Below are positions 1 to 14,324 of a DNA stretch of 64,000 nucleotides, in pieces. The DNA lies in assembly GCF_006345805.1 (NCBI RefSeq), contig NC_043019.1, forward strand, positions 24,241,360 through 24,305,359, given 5' to 3'. Numbering within the stretch: position 1 is the stretch's first letter; every line of letters starts with the position of its first letter. Source of the DNA: Octopus sinensis. Lineage: Eukaryota. The position numbers and the translations under genes are program-made. The notes beneath the pieces are model-generated. The model had not been told where the DNA came from and made no database searches. It was given only the letters and a program-made list of their open reading frames with translations.

Positions 1-2974
1 TCTCTAATTGTCCCACTAGTTTAGATTAATCCTAGAAAATATTTTTTCAAGACTGTTCCCGATCTCTTAGATAAAGTCGTTTTTTAAAATAATTTGAACT
101 GCACATATAAATCACCAAAGAAATATAATTTTGAATATTAAACTAGTGATTGAAATGTCAATTAACGAAGATGTATTTCAGTATAATTGTGAATAGCACT
201 AATTTATAAGAGCTAATTATTTTAAATTCTTATAATACAAATTAGGAAAATTTAGTGTAATATTCATATTATCTCACAGTTAACTAAGAATAAATCATTT
301 GCAGGTGAATGAAATGCACTAATCTTTTTCCTACTAAAGAACTATCTTTCGAAAAGACGTTCGAGCTTATCTTCGAAGAGACGCTGGAGCTTATCTACTT
401 TATCTTTATCTAAAGTGTCTTTTCGAAGTGGATTTGCTTAGGCTCCTCTTAATTGAGAATATCTATTGTGGTTGTGCAATTTTCTTATATAATTTCTTGA
501 ATGATACGCAAGTTTAAACGTATGATCATTGGAGTGCATTTCCTAAGAATGAAATCATAACTGCAGTTGCGTTTTTGATAATGGAGATGTACAGAGCAAC
601 GTTCTACTTACAATGTTGTTTCTCCAGGGTGAGAGTCGATTCAAATTCTTCTTATATTTTGCTTCAAACTGCTTAAATAACCTCCTGAAAGCTGGAGTAT
701 GGCCAAATATAATTTGACATAATTTCTTCGCAGTTGAGGCGGGATCAATTTAAAAGCTTGATGTATAACGTTTTAGCCAATGATGTACACCAGTCTGAAC
801 TTCTGTACTATCCTCAATGAGGAAAATTATCCTGGTCCTCTCAAACAAATCGACTAATCGCTTTTAGTTCCAAAATCATAAAGTTAATATGGTAGTCAAC
901 TATCTCTTTTATTATCCTTAATATCTTGTGATCGAAGTTAAAAGCAATGTTGTTGCTACTGATATTGTCAACAACTTCTATAATATGCCTTTCTGTATAG
1001 CAAAATTCTGTACATATGGGCTTTTGTAGCTTTTCATCTCGTGCGAAGAATGTTTTATATCAGAGCATTCATTTGCAGTTTATGCCCACGGAGCTCAATA
1101 AGGAAACCACAATTCCGCAAACCACAAAATAATTCACGTTATTAGCTGAAAATAATATCTTACCATGATGGTGATCGACAATAAATAAGCAATTAAGATC
1201 TGACTCCTCCAATGTTAATAGTTTATTTATATTTCAAATGTAAATAAAGATAAAGTCTGCTAAAGAATTTTATCGTATGATGGACATTTACAACACATAT
1301 AGATATAAATTGTACACTTTATATAAGTAGTTATAAATATGTTATATTAGGATGAAACAGAATATTTTTTATTCTGTTCGTAAAACAATGGAGATATAAC
1401 ATTTATAAAAATCACATTAAATGCATTAATTAATTTTTTCAAAGTTAAATTTAATTTGGAGGTTTACTTCATGTGTAACTGCAAGTTAGTGATTATCTTT
1501 CATTATTGACTGAAAAAACTTCGTATCCAAACATTTCTCAAAACTTTAAAATATTTGACTTTATCTCATAAGTAAGAATTCACTCAATATTGAGTATTCT
1601 GTACTTAGAATGCTTCCATATCCGCATTTGCCCATGTAACCGGATAACCTTTTTCTAAAATAGCATTCAGAAAAAAATATCATTGCAAAAAGTCTTTTAA
1701 AAGCAGTGTCAGGCCTGGTGCTTCAGAGTTTTAAATTCTCTTTTAAATACGTTTTCCAAGGTACAGATTTGTTTAACTAAGCCTACAACAATATCTAAAT
1801 ACAGTTTCTCACTCTAAAGAGAAAAAAAATTTTAATACTCATACTTGTGTATCTGCCATAAGCTTTAGTAAATTCCTCTTCCAAATAAACATTTTATATA
1901 GTAAAACCTGTTGTATTCTGTGGCTATACCCCCTTGAAAAAATTTGGTCGATGATCAAATCTAAGGAATGTGTAGTTTCGGCTATGAATAGTGTACAAAA
2001 CAAAACTAAAGTGCTCAAATACAAAAGGGAAAAATGGCTCGATAAAGCTCATCACCAGAGAAAATTCTATCAAATTAGGTAACCATATAACTGACCCACA
2101 GTTTATGTTCCTATGATAGTATTAGAAATCATCATCAACTGCAGCATATTCATCATTTGGGTGAAGGCGTCGGAATAAAATCCGTTTGAGCCTTATTGCA
2201 TTCAATCATAAAGTTACGAAGTGGGTTAAAATTTGTCTTTAATTCAACCTAGTGCCAATCAGTCACAGAGAATCAATTGACTCATCTTATACGTCACAGA
2301 AAATAATGGCAATTACTAGATATCATTATTATCATTTGACAGAATCGGAAGAGTATCAAATAAAATGCCTTGTGTTTATTTTAGTTCAACTTACACCAGG
2401 TCTATATTGCAGTTCATTCTTTCTTGTGCTGATATAAGAAATATCTAATATTATTTTTATAACGCTCAACCTATTGTCTTCTATCTCCACATCATCTCGC
2501 AAATATCAGAAACAGATAAAATAAGTATTTGTCAAACTCTAAGATCATTTCTCCAAATAAAATGTGTGGTCTCAGCCGTGAGTCATTTGCACACAAAAAA
2601 GGGTATTCAAATTCTGGTTTCTTATGTTTCTGGTAAAGGAGGTAGAGATTGTACCTACAAGCATTTACCTAAAATTCTATTTAAAAAATTCTCTTGCGCT
2701 CAGACATAAAAATGCTTGAAAAAACATTCGGTATTCCATGAAGCAAACGAGTCGACCTGCTAGAAAATAGCAATTGAATATTCTTTACATTAAACTTTAT
2801 ACTCTTAAAAATGAATATATTAGACAATGTAGTCCTGGATATACAAACATGGGATAGTCACAAGAACGTCTTTTGTCATAAATTTGCTTCAAATGGTAGT
2901 CACAACTTATGAAAGTGCTACTGGCCCCACTGCAAGTCAGACGATGCAGTCTGTGTAATTTCTATATTGGTGTT

Positions 2975-3235
2975 CTCTAGAGGTTTACTGGTGGGTAAGA
3001 GCGCCGATGTTCTCGGGGAGCCTTTGAGCATCGACGAGAACCAACTGGCTAGTCCGTTGCGGATGACTTTCGGGCCAAGATCCTCGGACAATTTCCAAAA
3101 ATTTCTGGCCTGTCAGTACTACGAGAGGACATCGCCAGTTCGTATATAAACATAGGAGTGCTGTTAGTCGGGTTGGTACTAAATGTGCAAAGAGCGACGA
3201 AAGACTTCTGCGCGTGCTCGTCCAGTATTTGAGCA
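2975..3235 (+). mobile_element. Decayed Tx1-type (L1 clade) LINE fragment
   Basis: Matches 24850-25015 by eye (gatgactttcgggcc...gacaatttccaaaaatttctggcctg versus gatgactttcgggcc...gacaacttccagagatccctggcctg). Confidence 0.6.
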
Positions 3236-3449
3236 TTTCCTACTGGTGGAAATGCTTATGACATATTACTGCATTGATGGATTCTGGAAACATGTGTGAA
3301 GTAGCTGAGAACGTGCGTGCACTAATCAAGAACAAAATACCTAGTTTTCGGTAGCAACGAGCACTTAGCCGTGTAACAATCAAAAGAGGTATCTTTCTTC
3401 TAGGGAGATTCTTGTTCATCTTTGCCATTTGTTATTTGCAAAAAGGAAC

Positions 3450-4440
3450 GCTTGCTATGAGCCGAGGAAGAATGGACCTCGTCTCAACCACCTCTTCATA
3501 GATGGTTTAAAACTTCACAAAAGCAGAGCCTGGAATGGAGAGCCTGGTTGAGACAATACAGATGTGCAGCAAGGGTATAAGAATGGAATTCGGGATCGCA
3601 AAGCATGCGGTGCTCACTTTCTCACTTTGAGACGAAAGAAAAGAGCAGATTGTAGGGTAATAGAACTACCAAATGGAGAGCGAATGGGATATCCGGGTGA
3701 TGGTACGTACAAGTCCCGTGGGATTAATATGTTACGCGGAAAAATGAAAGACAAAGTCACCACTGCATATTTGAAGTGCCTCAAACTTCTCTTGAAGTCA
3801 AAACTAAATGCAAAGAAGCTTGTTACTGCTATCAACATATGGGCTGTTGCTGTAGTCCGCTATAGTGCACACCTTCTGAAATGGACACGAGCGGAGATTG
3901 AAAAACCTAGATCGTACTACTCGAAAGAAAATTACAATGCATAGTGCCCTTCATTCTCAGGCGAACGTACACATGCTGTACATGAAGAGGTGTAAAGGTG
4001 GGCGTGGCCTGATTAGCATGCAAGACTGCATCAACAGGGAAAGAAGAAACATGACAGAGTATTTGGTAAACAGTGAACAAGACATGCTGCAGTATGCTGC
4101 TAATGCAGAAGTATTTACCAAAAATGAAGTTGAGAGTGTTAATGAATACCGATCAAAAATAGCCGTCGAGAGAGAAGAAACATTACTCTGCATAGAATTA
4201 CATGGTCAGTTCCACCGTGAAACGGACAACGTAAAAAATCAAGAAGTATTATGCATGTGTCCATTCAAAGGTAACATTAAAGAGAAGACTGAAAGCCTAA
4301 CCATCGCTGTCCAGGATAAGCATTGAATATCAACTCAGTGAAAAGGGATATACACCACACAAGAACAACGAACCTCTGCAGATTGTGTGGGCAGAAGGTC
4401 GAAAGCGCGACTCATATTATTAGTGCTTGTGAGTCTTGCC
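3450..4440 (+). mobile_element. R4/Dong-clade LINE fragment (RT C-terminal part and zinc knuckle)
   Basis: Frameshifted ORFs: KLLLKSKLNAKKLVTAINIWAVAVVRYSAHLLKWT, LDRTTRKKITMHSALH...LYMKRCKGGRGLIS, and CRLCGQKVESATHIISAC, typical of the R4/Dong clade. Confidence 0.8.
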
Positions 4441-4624
4441 CAGACATAACAAGTTTCCTCTTCAATTTTTGCTCACCTACTCTGTCGACTACAGTTAGTG
4501 TGGTGCCATCCACTCTTGCCATTTTCACCACTTTTTCACCCAGCTTTCAATAACAGCACCTGAGTTCAGCACCTCCCTCGCGACGCTCACCTTCTTTCAG
4601 AAGTATATGTATATACATGCATGG

Positions 4625-5272
4625 GTAAAGACCCCTTCGATCATAAAGGATCAGAGGACTGCACATAGAAAATTCCCTACCGCGGCACAAATCCAGTAAC
4701 GTTGTTCATCGAAGACCAGCAGTCGCCCATGCATACTAACCACCCCTCTCTACGCCACCGATGTTATCCAAAGTGGAGGCGCAATGGCCCAATAGTTAGG
4801 GCAGTGGACTCTCGGTCGTAGGATCGCGGTCCCTATTCCCAGACCGGGCGTTGTGAGTGTTTATTGAGCGAAAACATCTAAAGTTCCACGATCCTCCGGC
4901 AGGGGATGGTGGCGAACCCAGCTGTACTCTTTCACCACAACTTTCTCTCACTCATTCTTCCTGTTTCTGTTGTACCTGTATTTCAAAAGGACAGCCTTTT
5001 CACACTCTGTGTCACGCTGAATCTACCCGAGGACTACGTTAACGGGACATTTGTCTGTGGAGTGCTCAGCCACTTGCGCGTTAAATTCACGAGCAGGCTG
5101 TTACGTTGATCGGATCAACTGGAACTCTCGTCGTCGTAACTGACGGAGTGCCACGATATCCTAGGGGAAGGCAAAGGCCAATAGAGCTGGGCACCAGTGA
5201 CGTCGCAACTCATTTCTACAGCTGAGTGAACTGGAGCAACGTGAAATGAAGTGCCTTGCTCAAGAACACATA
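4625..5272 (-). mobile_element. CORE-like SINE (head missing), split by a nested SINE
   Basis: Reverse complement of 5160-5272 has the CORE-like block cttgagcaaggcacttcatttcacgttgctccagttcactcagctg; I infer its tail resumes at 4772-4625. Confidence 0.55.
4773..5154 (+). mobile_element. tRNA-derived SINE, head A plus tail X, nested in the CORE-like SINE
   Basis: tRNA-like head gtggaggcgcaatggcccaatagttagggcagtggactc; tail shared with 36104-36432; degenerate target duplication gttatccaa / gatatccta. Confidence 0.8.
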
Positions 5273-5489
5273 TATGAACACACGTACACACACACACGCA
5301 CACAAACACACGCATACACATATTAGTATTTAGCAGAAGTAAGAGATGACTCAAGGTCCGAGAGTTTCGTCACAGGTTTTTTAAGTGTGACTTGTTTGAT
5401 AAGTGCACACGCACGAAACTCTCGGTCCTTGAGTCACTCTGTTACTTCCGCCAAATATTAATAAAAATATACCTATACTTATATTTTGA

Positions 5490-5877
5490 GTTCTACTTTT
5501 CTTTGACTACGACCATGCTGGATCACCATCTTTAGTAGAATGAATCTTATTCTTTGTAAGCCTAGTACTTATTCTATCGGTTTCTTTTGCAGAACCGCTA
5601 AGTGACGGGGACGTAAACACACCGACACGGGTTGTCAAGCGATAGTGGGGGCTGGGCACAAACAGAAACAAAAATGACAAACACACACATACATGTATAT
5701 GTATATACATATACAAGGGGCTTCTTTCAGTTTCCATCTACCAAATTTACTCACAAAGCTTTGGTCGGCCCGAGGCTATAGTAGAAGACATTTGTCCAAG
5801 TTGCCACGCAGTGGAACTGAACCCGGAACCATGTGGTTGGGAAGCAAGCTTCTTATCACACAGCCACTCTTGCGCCT
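5490..5877 (-). mobile_element. tRNA-derived SINE with internal microsatellite (family C)
   Basis: Reverse complement matches 59416-59860 (aggcgca(a/g)gagtggctgtgtg...ttgggcaagtgtcttctactatagcc). Confidence 0.85.
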
Positions 5878-6058
<181 letters not shown>

Positions 6059-6129
6059 GGCAATGAAAGCAGCTACACGTAATATAAGCCAAAAAGGAAA
6101 AGGTCATTTTTCACTAGTTGTTACTGAGG

Positions 6130-6480
6130 TTGCAGGGTAGCCCCGACATTGCTAAAAATAAGAATTAAAAAGCCCTTGCCTCCGCAGTAAGGGCCTCTTG
6201 ATTCTCGTCGAAGCCCAGAGCCTCACTTAGAGCGACATGGCACTTCCCGCCTCTAAACCTATGTACAGTACCAATGTAGAACTTCCACCGTATGCATCAG
6301 TCTCCGCTTGATCCATGACTGCAGCTCAGTCAAAGAGACGAGCTGCAGAAAAGCGCGTCTAGGAAACTGCAACCACACGTGCTCATCGTCAGGAAGCACT
6401 AGAGATATTGTAGCCTCAGCGTATGCCTGCGCATCATTAGCCGCGGCATTCCCAGTCTACCACGCAACGGATGTTGACGG
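6130..6480 (-). mobile_element. Decayed Tx1-type LINE fragment
   Basis: Reverse complement aligns by eye with about 24600-24900 (atgatgcgca...gcgcttttctgcagctcgtctctttgactgagctgcagtcatggatcaa). Confidence 0.6.
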
Positions 6481-8074
6481 CAAATGAACCATCCGGCCAG
6501 CAATGAAGTGAGTCAGAGCATGACAGTTCAATGTAGGCATTCATTACCTTCATCCGATCCTTTAGGAATAATTCTCTTTCTGCGTGAGACTAGCCACCCA
6601 GTTCACCTCTTCCCATTTCCTATTCACCCGAATAAGTATCAATGTTCGACTCTATCGAAATCTTTCAACCGATTTAAATTGACCAGGTCCCTATGCATGC
6701 TATGTTCTTTTTCCTTCTATAATGTAGATGTTCAGCAGTTATTTAAATACCGATGAGCAGGGTCTCGCCCAGACTCTGATGATGCGAATGAGATTGCTCA
6801 CCCTTAATACAATCATTAGGTAATTTTAGCCTTACATAAATGGACCAAAGCTTCAGCGAAGCAAGCCTTAGTGTCCACCCACTCAAACAATACATCAAAA
6901 TAGGTGGTATTTGTCACATATAGAACCAGAATGTGTGACGATAAATAAGCCAGAGCAACTGTCAGTTTCTTCACTAAAAAAAGAAAAAAATTAAGTCAGT
7001 GTTAAGCAGTTATGGAGCCGATGTTATCAAATGTTTTCCCCTTTCTGAGGTCATCCCTTAATAACGTCACCATTTCCGGTTCCATATGCGTTTTCAGTCC
7101 GATAATACTTACAATAGACAACTGCGAAGTGAGTAGTGAACAAATCTATCATTTAGCAATGAATTTTATAGGACATGCTATCCAATCCTGGCAGTTTGCC
7201 CATTGATCAGCCACATCCAAATATCTACAGGAAAACAAAGTTCTTCCAAAACAAGTGTGTAAGAAACAACACTTGAATGACGGCTAAAGAAATAACAAGC
7301 TCCATTAACTACAGTTTTATTGTATACTGCTTGTAGATCGTGTACAAAAACTTATATACAGTATCACCGATAATAAATTTTCAATAGGATTACAAATTTA
7401 CAGACCATTAACTTAATCTTTGAAGGTAAAAATACTTAATAATACAGAGTGAGGAAAGTAAAGCAGAGGAAATATAAAGTAGCGTAAAAAGGTATTTGTC
7501 TTTATAACTGATCAATTTATAATTCTAAACCTTTCGTTTCTTTATAAGTTATTAACAGTTTAGTTTTGACCATCTCTATTATACTAATAGCAACTCTCTC
7601 GCAGATTATCTCTTTATCCTCACCCTTTGTGCCCTAATATGTGCGACTATGTTATCAATGGTTTCCTTTGCTTTGTTGACTTTCTTTTTACTCACCAAAT
7701 TCATCTTTCTCCACCTCAACTGACCTGGATCCTGCTACAAAATTTAGTCACTTCTCCACGCTTTACTTTTTACTACTCTATACGGCTCCTCTCTACTTTC
7801 ACAACCTCTCATCGCCTTGCCCCACTTCTCTCAATACATTTAACATTCCATATCATATCATTACTTCTTCCCATTCCTCATCCACAATTTGGCCACCGTG
7901 ATGCTAATTCCTGAAGTCTATTATTCTGATAGTAAACACAAGTGGTACTACTCGGTAATTCGATTATGTCTAAGGATTATGTATGTATGTAGATAGGTAA
8001 GTAGGTAGGTTGGTAGGTATGTAAGCTGGTAGGTAGGTAGGTAGGTAAGAAGGTAGGTAGGTAGGTACAAAGAA

Positions 8075-8340
8075 TTTTAGTCGTGCGAATCGACCACAGT
8101 ACTTAATTTTTACTGGTACTTATTCTATTCAGTTCTTTTGCCGAGCCATTAAGTTTTGGGGACTTAAACACCCCAACGCCAGTTGTCAAGCTATGGAGGG
8201 GGTCAAACAAAGCACGCGCGCGCACATATACACAAACACACACACATACACACATACACACTCGCACACACATGATAGGCTTCTTTCAGTTTCTGTCAAT
8301 CAAATTCACTCACAAAGCTTTCTACACAGCCACCTCTGTG
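8075..8340 (-). mobile_element. Partial family C SINE
   Basis: Contains ggtacttattctat...gttcttttgccgagcc...gttgtcaagc...aggcttctttcagtttctg, as in 5490-5877. Confidence 0.75.
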
Positions 8341-8949
8341 ACTGTGCTGTAAGAACTTTGCAATATAGAATATACAATATCCTATATTGTAGAAAGAGCA
8401 ATACAATATAGTATATCTATATAGTTTTTCATAAATGTAACAAGTAAAAGAGAATATAGTAGCTAACTGCCAGGCTGAATATTAGTTGTGGACAAAAATA
8501 ATTCAGTTTAAGCTTATTGCCACTTGCAGTGACAATGTCCAATCATTCAGGTGAGAGCAGTAAATCCTTAATTTATTTCTTTTATTTAATAAGTAGTTAA
8601 CCCTTTTTTAGTACACAGTCCACAGGAATCATTCCCTCGGTTGGGCGGAGCAGATCCCATCACTAACCATTTCAATCCATAATTAACATTTTTATCTAAT
8701 AGATTATGAATGTAGACCGTTAGTGAATCTGAGAATCCAGGTTTAAAAGAGCGATACGGATACATAGAGGTGCGGGTTCATTATAGCCATGCGTGCGTAC
8801 AGTTTCGATTCTACGTCTAGTAAAACCTAGAAAAAATTGCGTAACAGGTGACAATCAGTTTGCTCATTTGCGACAATCGTCTTACGGAAGAACGTGTGTA
8901 TTATATGAACCTTACAAATGCCAGTTGCGTTTTCTGCGTTTCCTATATA

Positions 8950-8984
<35 letters not shown>

Positions 8985-9364
8985 CAGTTTTGTGCCATTC
9001 ATACTATGGGCATCTAGGGAGCGTTTTATTCGAAAAGCTTGCTGCGCATTTGTTTGGAGATTTAAATTCCTGGATTTTCCTGAAGAGAAAGCTGCAAAAT
9101 GGTCTCCTTATTCAATCCGAATTTGGAAATTTGCAGCCTTTGAAACATGTGTAGAAAATAATAAAAAGGAATTTTGTAGAATCTTCGTTCAGCTCCATTT
9201 CTTCCCTTCACTAAATATATAAAACTTCAATTATCCGCGCTAAGGCACGGTTGCGACACCCCATGGTCGTAACCTCAACCGTGTTTTTTCTGTTGTGATT
9301 TTTGCTACCCAGGTATCGGTTAAATTTTGAATAATCCGTAACAAGATGATTCATTTATCCATTT

Positions 9365-9430
<66 letters not shown>

Positions 9431-9433
<3 letters not shown>

Positions 9434-9547
9434 CCTGCTCGCTTAGCCAGCGGGGTGGCATCATTTGAAGGCTAAAACAATGCGAAGCGCATTGTGACCA
9501 GCGATGTGTAGCAATATCTGATAGCCTGGTCGGTCACGGTGATCACG

Positions 9548-9551
<4 letters not shown>
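9431..9551 (+). mobile_element. Isolated SINE tail module Y inside a (TA)n array
   Basis: tggcctgctcgcttagccagcgggg...tcacggtgatcacggtga equals the 3' 120 nt of the SINEs at 27385, 27741 and 37447; (TA)n on both sides. Confidence 0.85.
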
Positions 9552-9582
<31 letters not shown>

Positions 9583-9638
9583 GTACACACACACACACAT
9601 TTATATATATATATATATATATAAATATATATATATAA

Positions 9639-9706
9639 ACGAGGTGGTACCAAAAAGTTCCAGGACTAGTTTAATAATAATAATAATAACAACAACACTA
9701 ATAATA

Positions 9707-9739
<33 letters not shown>

Positions 9740-10589
9740 CTAAATAACTTATTTACCTAAATTTTAACACCCTCTCCTTCGAAATAGTTACCTTGCTCAG
9801 CAATACACCGGTCCCAGTGTTCCTGTCACTTTTGAAATGCGGCCTGGAAAATGTTTTCCGTATACGAGTCGAGGAACTTCTTCGATTCGCTCTTGATCTC
9901 GACAACGGTCTTAAAACGGCGACCTTTGAGTTGTATTTTTATCTGGGGAAAGAGATGGAAGTACGCCGGTGCTAAATACGTCAGGAGAGGAAGGATGACA
10001 TGTTGTTTTGGTGAGAAATTCACTAATGATGAGAGCTCGGTGACAAGGTGCGTTGTCGTCATTCTTTGCGCTCCACAGATCCGGTCGCTTTCGCCGAATG
10101 TCCTCCCTCAAACGCTTCAAAATGTCGGAGTAGAACTCTCGATTGACGGTCTGACCCTGAGGGACGAATTCTCGATGCACAATACCACGGATGTCGAACA
10201 CGCGAATGAGTATGCTCTAGATTGAGCTGCGCTTCTGTCGTACATTTTAAATTGCCCGTGTCGCTCAAAACATTGCGTACGACCCATTGCTTCGTCACAC
10301 AGTAAGCTTGCAGAAGCATGCTCAATGTCTCTGTAGAAGACTTCCCAAGCTTAACGCAAAATTTCACGTTGGCTCTTTGTTCCAGTTTCCTGTCCATAAC
10401 AAAAGTCGCATACACGTGATCACGTAAACACAAATTTCACAAAGTTCAATTTGCGAAGTAAACACTGCGACGTCACTCGGCATATGCCCCCATGAAGGTT
10501 GCTGCTAGCCCTCACTGCGCACGCAGCCGTGTGTTGCTATCAATTGGCGCGCTACAAAACTAGTCCGGGAACTTTTTGATAGCACTTCG

Positions 10590-10590
<1 letters not shown>
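9639..10590 (-). mobile_element. Mariner-like transposon, internally deleted and frameshifted
   Basis: ~34-bp TIRs acgaggtggtaccaaaaagttccaggactagttt / aaactagtccgggaactttttgatagcacttcgt. Transposase pieces MDRKLEQRANVKFCVKLGKS, FDIRGIVHREFVPQGQTVNREFY, DDNAPCH, HLFPQIKIQLKGRRF. (TA)n flanks. Confidence 0.9.
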
Positions 10591-10621
<31 letters not shown>

Positions 10622-11160
10622 TAAAAACGTGTGTTTGTATGTACGCGTATCGCTGGTGTTTGGATGTAAGTTCTCTGTCGAAGATATTTGATAGTCTTCA
10701 CTCAAACTTCTTTGGCAATGGACATAGTTAGCTCTGCTGAATATAAAACTTGTATCAGACTTATTGTTGAGTTGGAGATTAAGCCTACAACCAACACTTA
10801 CTAATCCGATGGATATGAGGGCGTGAAAGATGTTTTTAAATTTAAACTCTGACTTACAACTTGATTCTTTCTTCATTTATTGCTTGCACAATACATTACA
10901 TTATTAATTGTTTTGGAAAATATGCTTCTTTGATTTGTTTACAAGACAGTATGTAGCATTTTAAAGGCAACAATATGCATATACTACTACTATACTTTCT
11001 TAATAATTGGAGAAAACTGGTTAATGAAATAAGAATTTTTAATACTTTCATGATAATAAAAATAACCTAACTAAAATAAGACAAATTGTTTGCAAACGAT
11101 TCAAAATATCTTGAAATAATTTTTTCTATTATATAATAAAACAATTGTGTGTATTTTCAG

Positions 11161-11414
11161 GACACTGGCGCATGCAGAATCCATTAATAACATGTTGGTA
11201 CCACAAACACAAATACAAAATCCAACTTCGTTACCACTAACAAGAAGACAAAGAAATTTAGTTTCAAAAAATCCAGGGAGTATTACCGCTGTTTACCAAG
11301 GGGCAAAACAAGCTATACTTGAATGCAAATACCAATTCAAGAGTAGACGATGGAACTGCCCGACGTATGAAAGTGGACGAGGAAGTTCAGTTTTTGGGAA
11401 AATTCTCCAAAAAG
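11161..11414 (+). CDS. Wnt1: Wnt1/wingless coding exon (equivalent of exon 2)
   Basis: Acceptor ttttcag ends at 11160 and donor gtttga starts at 11415. Translation (phase-2 start): TLAHAESINNMLVPQTQIQNPTSLPLTRRQRNLVSKNPGSITAVYQGAKQAILECKYQFKSRRWNCPTYESGRGSSVFGKILQK-G. RRQRxLVxxNPG and ECKxQFxxRRWNCPT are typical of Wnt1. 254 nt, phases 2 and 1. Confidence 0.92.
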
Positions 11415-12294
11415 GTTTGATCTAGTTTTTCTCTTTTTAATATTTTTGCGAATAAATTATAAATATCTTAACACAAATCTAAATCTCCAGCAAAAAAAAA
11501 AAAAATATATATATATATATAGACAATGATTTACGATAGAAAATATAAAAATAGAAAATATTGATTTAATAAATAGGTGGGATAAGGTACAGTGTTACAC
11601 GATTTTTCAAAACTGCATGTTGAAAAACATAGTATGCTCATAATATTTATTCATAAGTTTATCGATTTTCTTCACTCACACATGACAAATACATTAAAAA
11701 TATCAATTAGATGATAATATCGCAACCCTAGTTCATTAGTGGTAGCTGCTCTATCGACACTGAAGTAAATAAGAAAATCAACTCGGTCGGTCATTGAACC
11801 GAATGTACTAAGGGGCAGCTCTATGCAATGTTTTGACCGTCGCTCCACCGGTTGGACTTCTCCACCGACGAACTGCTGAAGGTATTTCTGAACAGCAAAT
11901 GACATCATTTTTAAGTAGTAGGACTTTGATAATAAAGAATTAATTTCTATAGGAAATAGCTAGGCCAAATTTTTATTTTTAATTTTGAAGTCTCTTTTAG
12001 ATTACTACTGAGTTTATTCTGACCCAGAAAATTGGTAAACTCGTGTTGTAGCAGATCAGCTGATATCTAAAGATATCTTATGATACTTGTTTTTGATAAT
12101 ATTCAAAAACTCTTTTATCATAGCCACTTAAAAATAATCTATATAGATATTTTAGAGTTGAAGACTAAAATGTAATGATTTATCAGAGGTATAGTCGAAT
12201 CCTTATTCACACAAATGAAACAAGATTTCAGTTATGTTTATAAGAATTGCAATACTGTCACGTCTGAAAATGCTCATAAAGTTTAATCAGACAT

Positions 12295-12677
12295 GGCCTG
12301 TTACTTTACTCTTTTATTTGCTTCAGTCATTGGACGGCAGCCTTGAAGGGTTTAGTCGAACAAATTGTCCCCTGTATTTGTTTTCTTTTTCAAAGCCTGG
12401 TACTCATTCTATCAGTCCTTTTTGCCGAACCGCTAAGGTATGTGGGATATAGACAAACCACAACTAATTGTCAAGCAGTATTAAGCGTCAGATGCAAACA
12501 TAGACATACACTCACACACACACATATTTATACAGCGGCCTTTTTTCAGTTTACAAGGCTTTGGTCGGCCTGAGACTATAGCAGAAGATACTTTCCCAAG
12601 ACGCCATGAAGTGGGACTGAATCCGGAAACATGTGGTTGAGAAGCTAAGTTCTTACTACACGGCCACACCTGCGCCT
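12295..12677 (-). mobile_element. Family C SINE
   Basis: Same blocks as 5490-5877 and 59416-59860. Confidence 0.85.
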
Positions 12678-14238
12678 TTACAGGGAATATTTTATAGCTT
12701 GTAGTTTCTCTGATTTATTTTCCAACTATCAATCTAATCAATCATTATTTGCCCGCTGGTTGGTGACGACCTTTTTCTTTTTGAATTTGATAACTAATTT
12801 TTGTTATATTTAGTCATATCTGCGCAATTCATTCCTTCGTGCAATTCTTCTATTGCGGTCTGACATCGAGCATATGTTTTTATCAGCTCGTTGCCACTAG
12901 TTATGTTTATCTCTATTCCATTTTATGATTTAGTTTCCGAGGTTTTAAAACATTTCCCATACAGGAAAGTATGAATATAGGAACATATGAACCTATCAGG
13001 GTTCATATGTACCGTGCGGCCTTAAGTTAAAACTCTCAAATATATCGTTAAAAACTCATTTCTACCAATCTGCCTCTAAAGACACCAACTCTTCCCTATT
13101 CATACCTAATGCTTAATCTTAACGACGAAATACTTAAATACTTCTCATGAAAATACTCTCAAATGTTAAGCTTTCTCTAATTTCGCACACTAGGTGATCG
13201 GCAATCAAAAACACTGATAAGCAATAAAAAGTATATGCTTGAAGTAATCATTAGCTTATTTTTTCCTATTTTCCCATTTCCACAATAGATTTTTAAAAAT
13301 GTATATAATTTTAATTTCATTTACTTTTGTACAAGACTAATATGCTTCGATTTTTAACGACCTAATTTTGATTTAGATATAATACTTTGGAATACCGATT
13401 AAACTGATTTCATTAATTTCAGAACATTTAAGTTTTTGTTAAACGCTTTTAAACAACATCCACTATGAGTGTAATGATGTCTTTCGTTGCAATAGTCTTT
13501 TGATTCGTTAATACACTATTTTTTAATGCTCACTGCATTAAACATGTCACCAATTGATCAATATTCGTACGTTATTTCAGAATCATACTTACCCAATGCT
13601 TTACCTTTTTGTTATTCCATACAAGAAAACAGGTTTGATAAAGGAAAAACCACAATAAAAGAGGTTATTTCGTACTAATCAAATAAGGTCCATTTGTTAA
13701 GAATTGTATCATTCATAGTACAAATTTGCTAACAATTAAGAAAAGGTTGATTCACAAGAAAAAGAACACTTAAAGATACAATTTTTTTTTCTTTTCAATA
13801 GCGAAGTTGTGGTAAACTGGTTGAGTAAATATAATATTCAGTTATCAGGATAAATTACATAAATTCACATTTACGAAGTTAGTATCTATCGACAGTTCCA
13901 AGGAAGTAAACTTTAAAAGACTGACATACAATCCGGGTTAAATTTCTGTCTTGCAAACCGAACTTCAGAAATTGAAGTTAACTATCAGACACAAAGAGTC
14001 GTGATTGTATTAACTTTTTAATTAGACACATGAAACATGTTTACAAAGATAGAATCGCTTAAAATGATGTTATCATCTTAAAATATTTATGATATGCGTA
14101 TTTTAAGACTTTTGATTGTTGATGAGCAAAATTTTCAAACTATCCACAAAATATATCGGTGACAATGATGAAGACGATGCGCTTTAAAAGATCAGTCATT
14201 ATAGCCATACGCATAAAGAACATGCGTATATACGCATA

Positions 14239-14320
<82 letters not shown>

Positions 14321-14324
14321 CTCA

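Noticed and set aside
345-430. 11-bp perfect inverted repeat (ttcgaaaagac / gtcttttcgaa) plus a ~23-bp imperfect direct repeat
   Set aside because: Too short and isolated to support an element call.
612-749. 46-codon minus-strand open stretch ending at a perfect GTAAGT donor
   Set aside because: Bounded by an in-frame stop with no acceptor or ATG; does not resemble Wnt6, Wnt9 or Wnt10, the usual Wnt1 neighbours, none of which I found in the window.
1839-2024. Minus-strand ORF with a signal-peptide-like start (LYLSTLVLFCTLFIAETTHS) ending near a gtatga donor-like site
   Set aside because: Starts at TTG, has no good acceptor and no recognisable homology; hydrophobic runs are common in AT-rich DNA.
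2985-3000. TGG TGG GTAAGA resembling the WW-ending Wnt1 exon 1
   Set aside because: The donor would be phase 0, incompatible with the exon at 11161, and it lies inside a Tx1 fragment.
7901-7950. Candidate Wnt1 exon 1 (ATG...KHK-TG|gtacta, phase 2)
   Set aside because: Only 15 codons, no signal peptide, weak donor, next to repeat-like DNA.
9234-9285. GC-rich hairpins resembling a Helitron 3' end
   Set aside because: No following CTAG and no matching 5' end identified.
10625-10671. Candidate Wnt1 exon 1 with a phase-2 GTAAGT donor at 10666
   Set aside because: In-frame stop just upstream, no ATG and no signal peptide.
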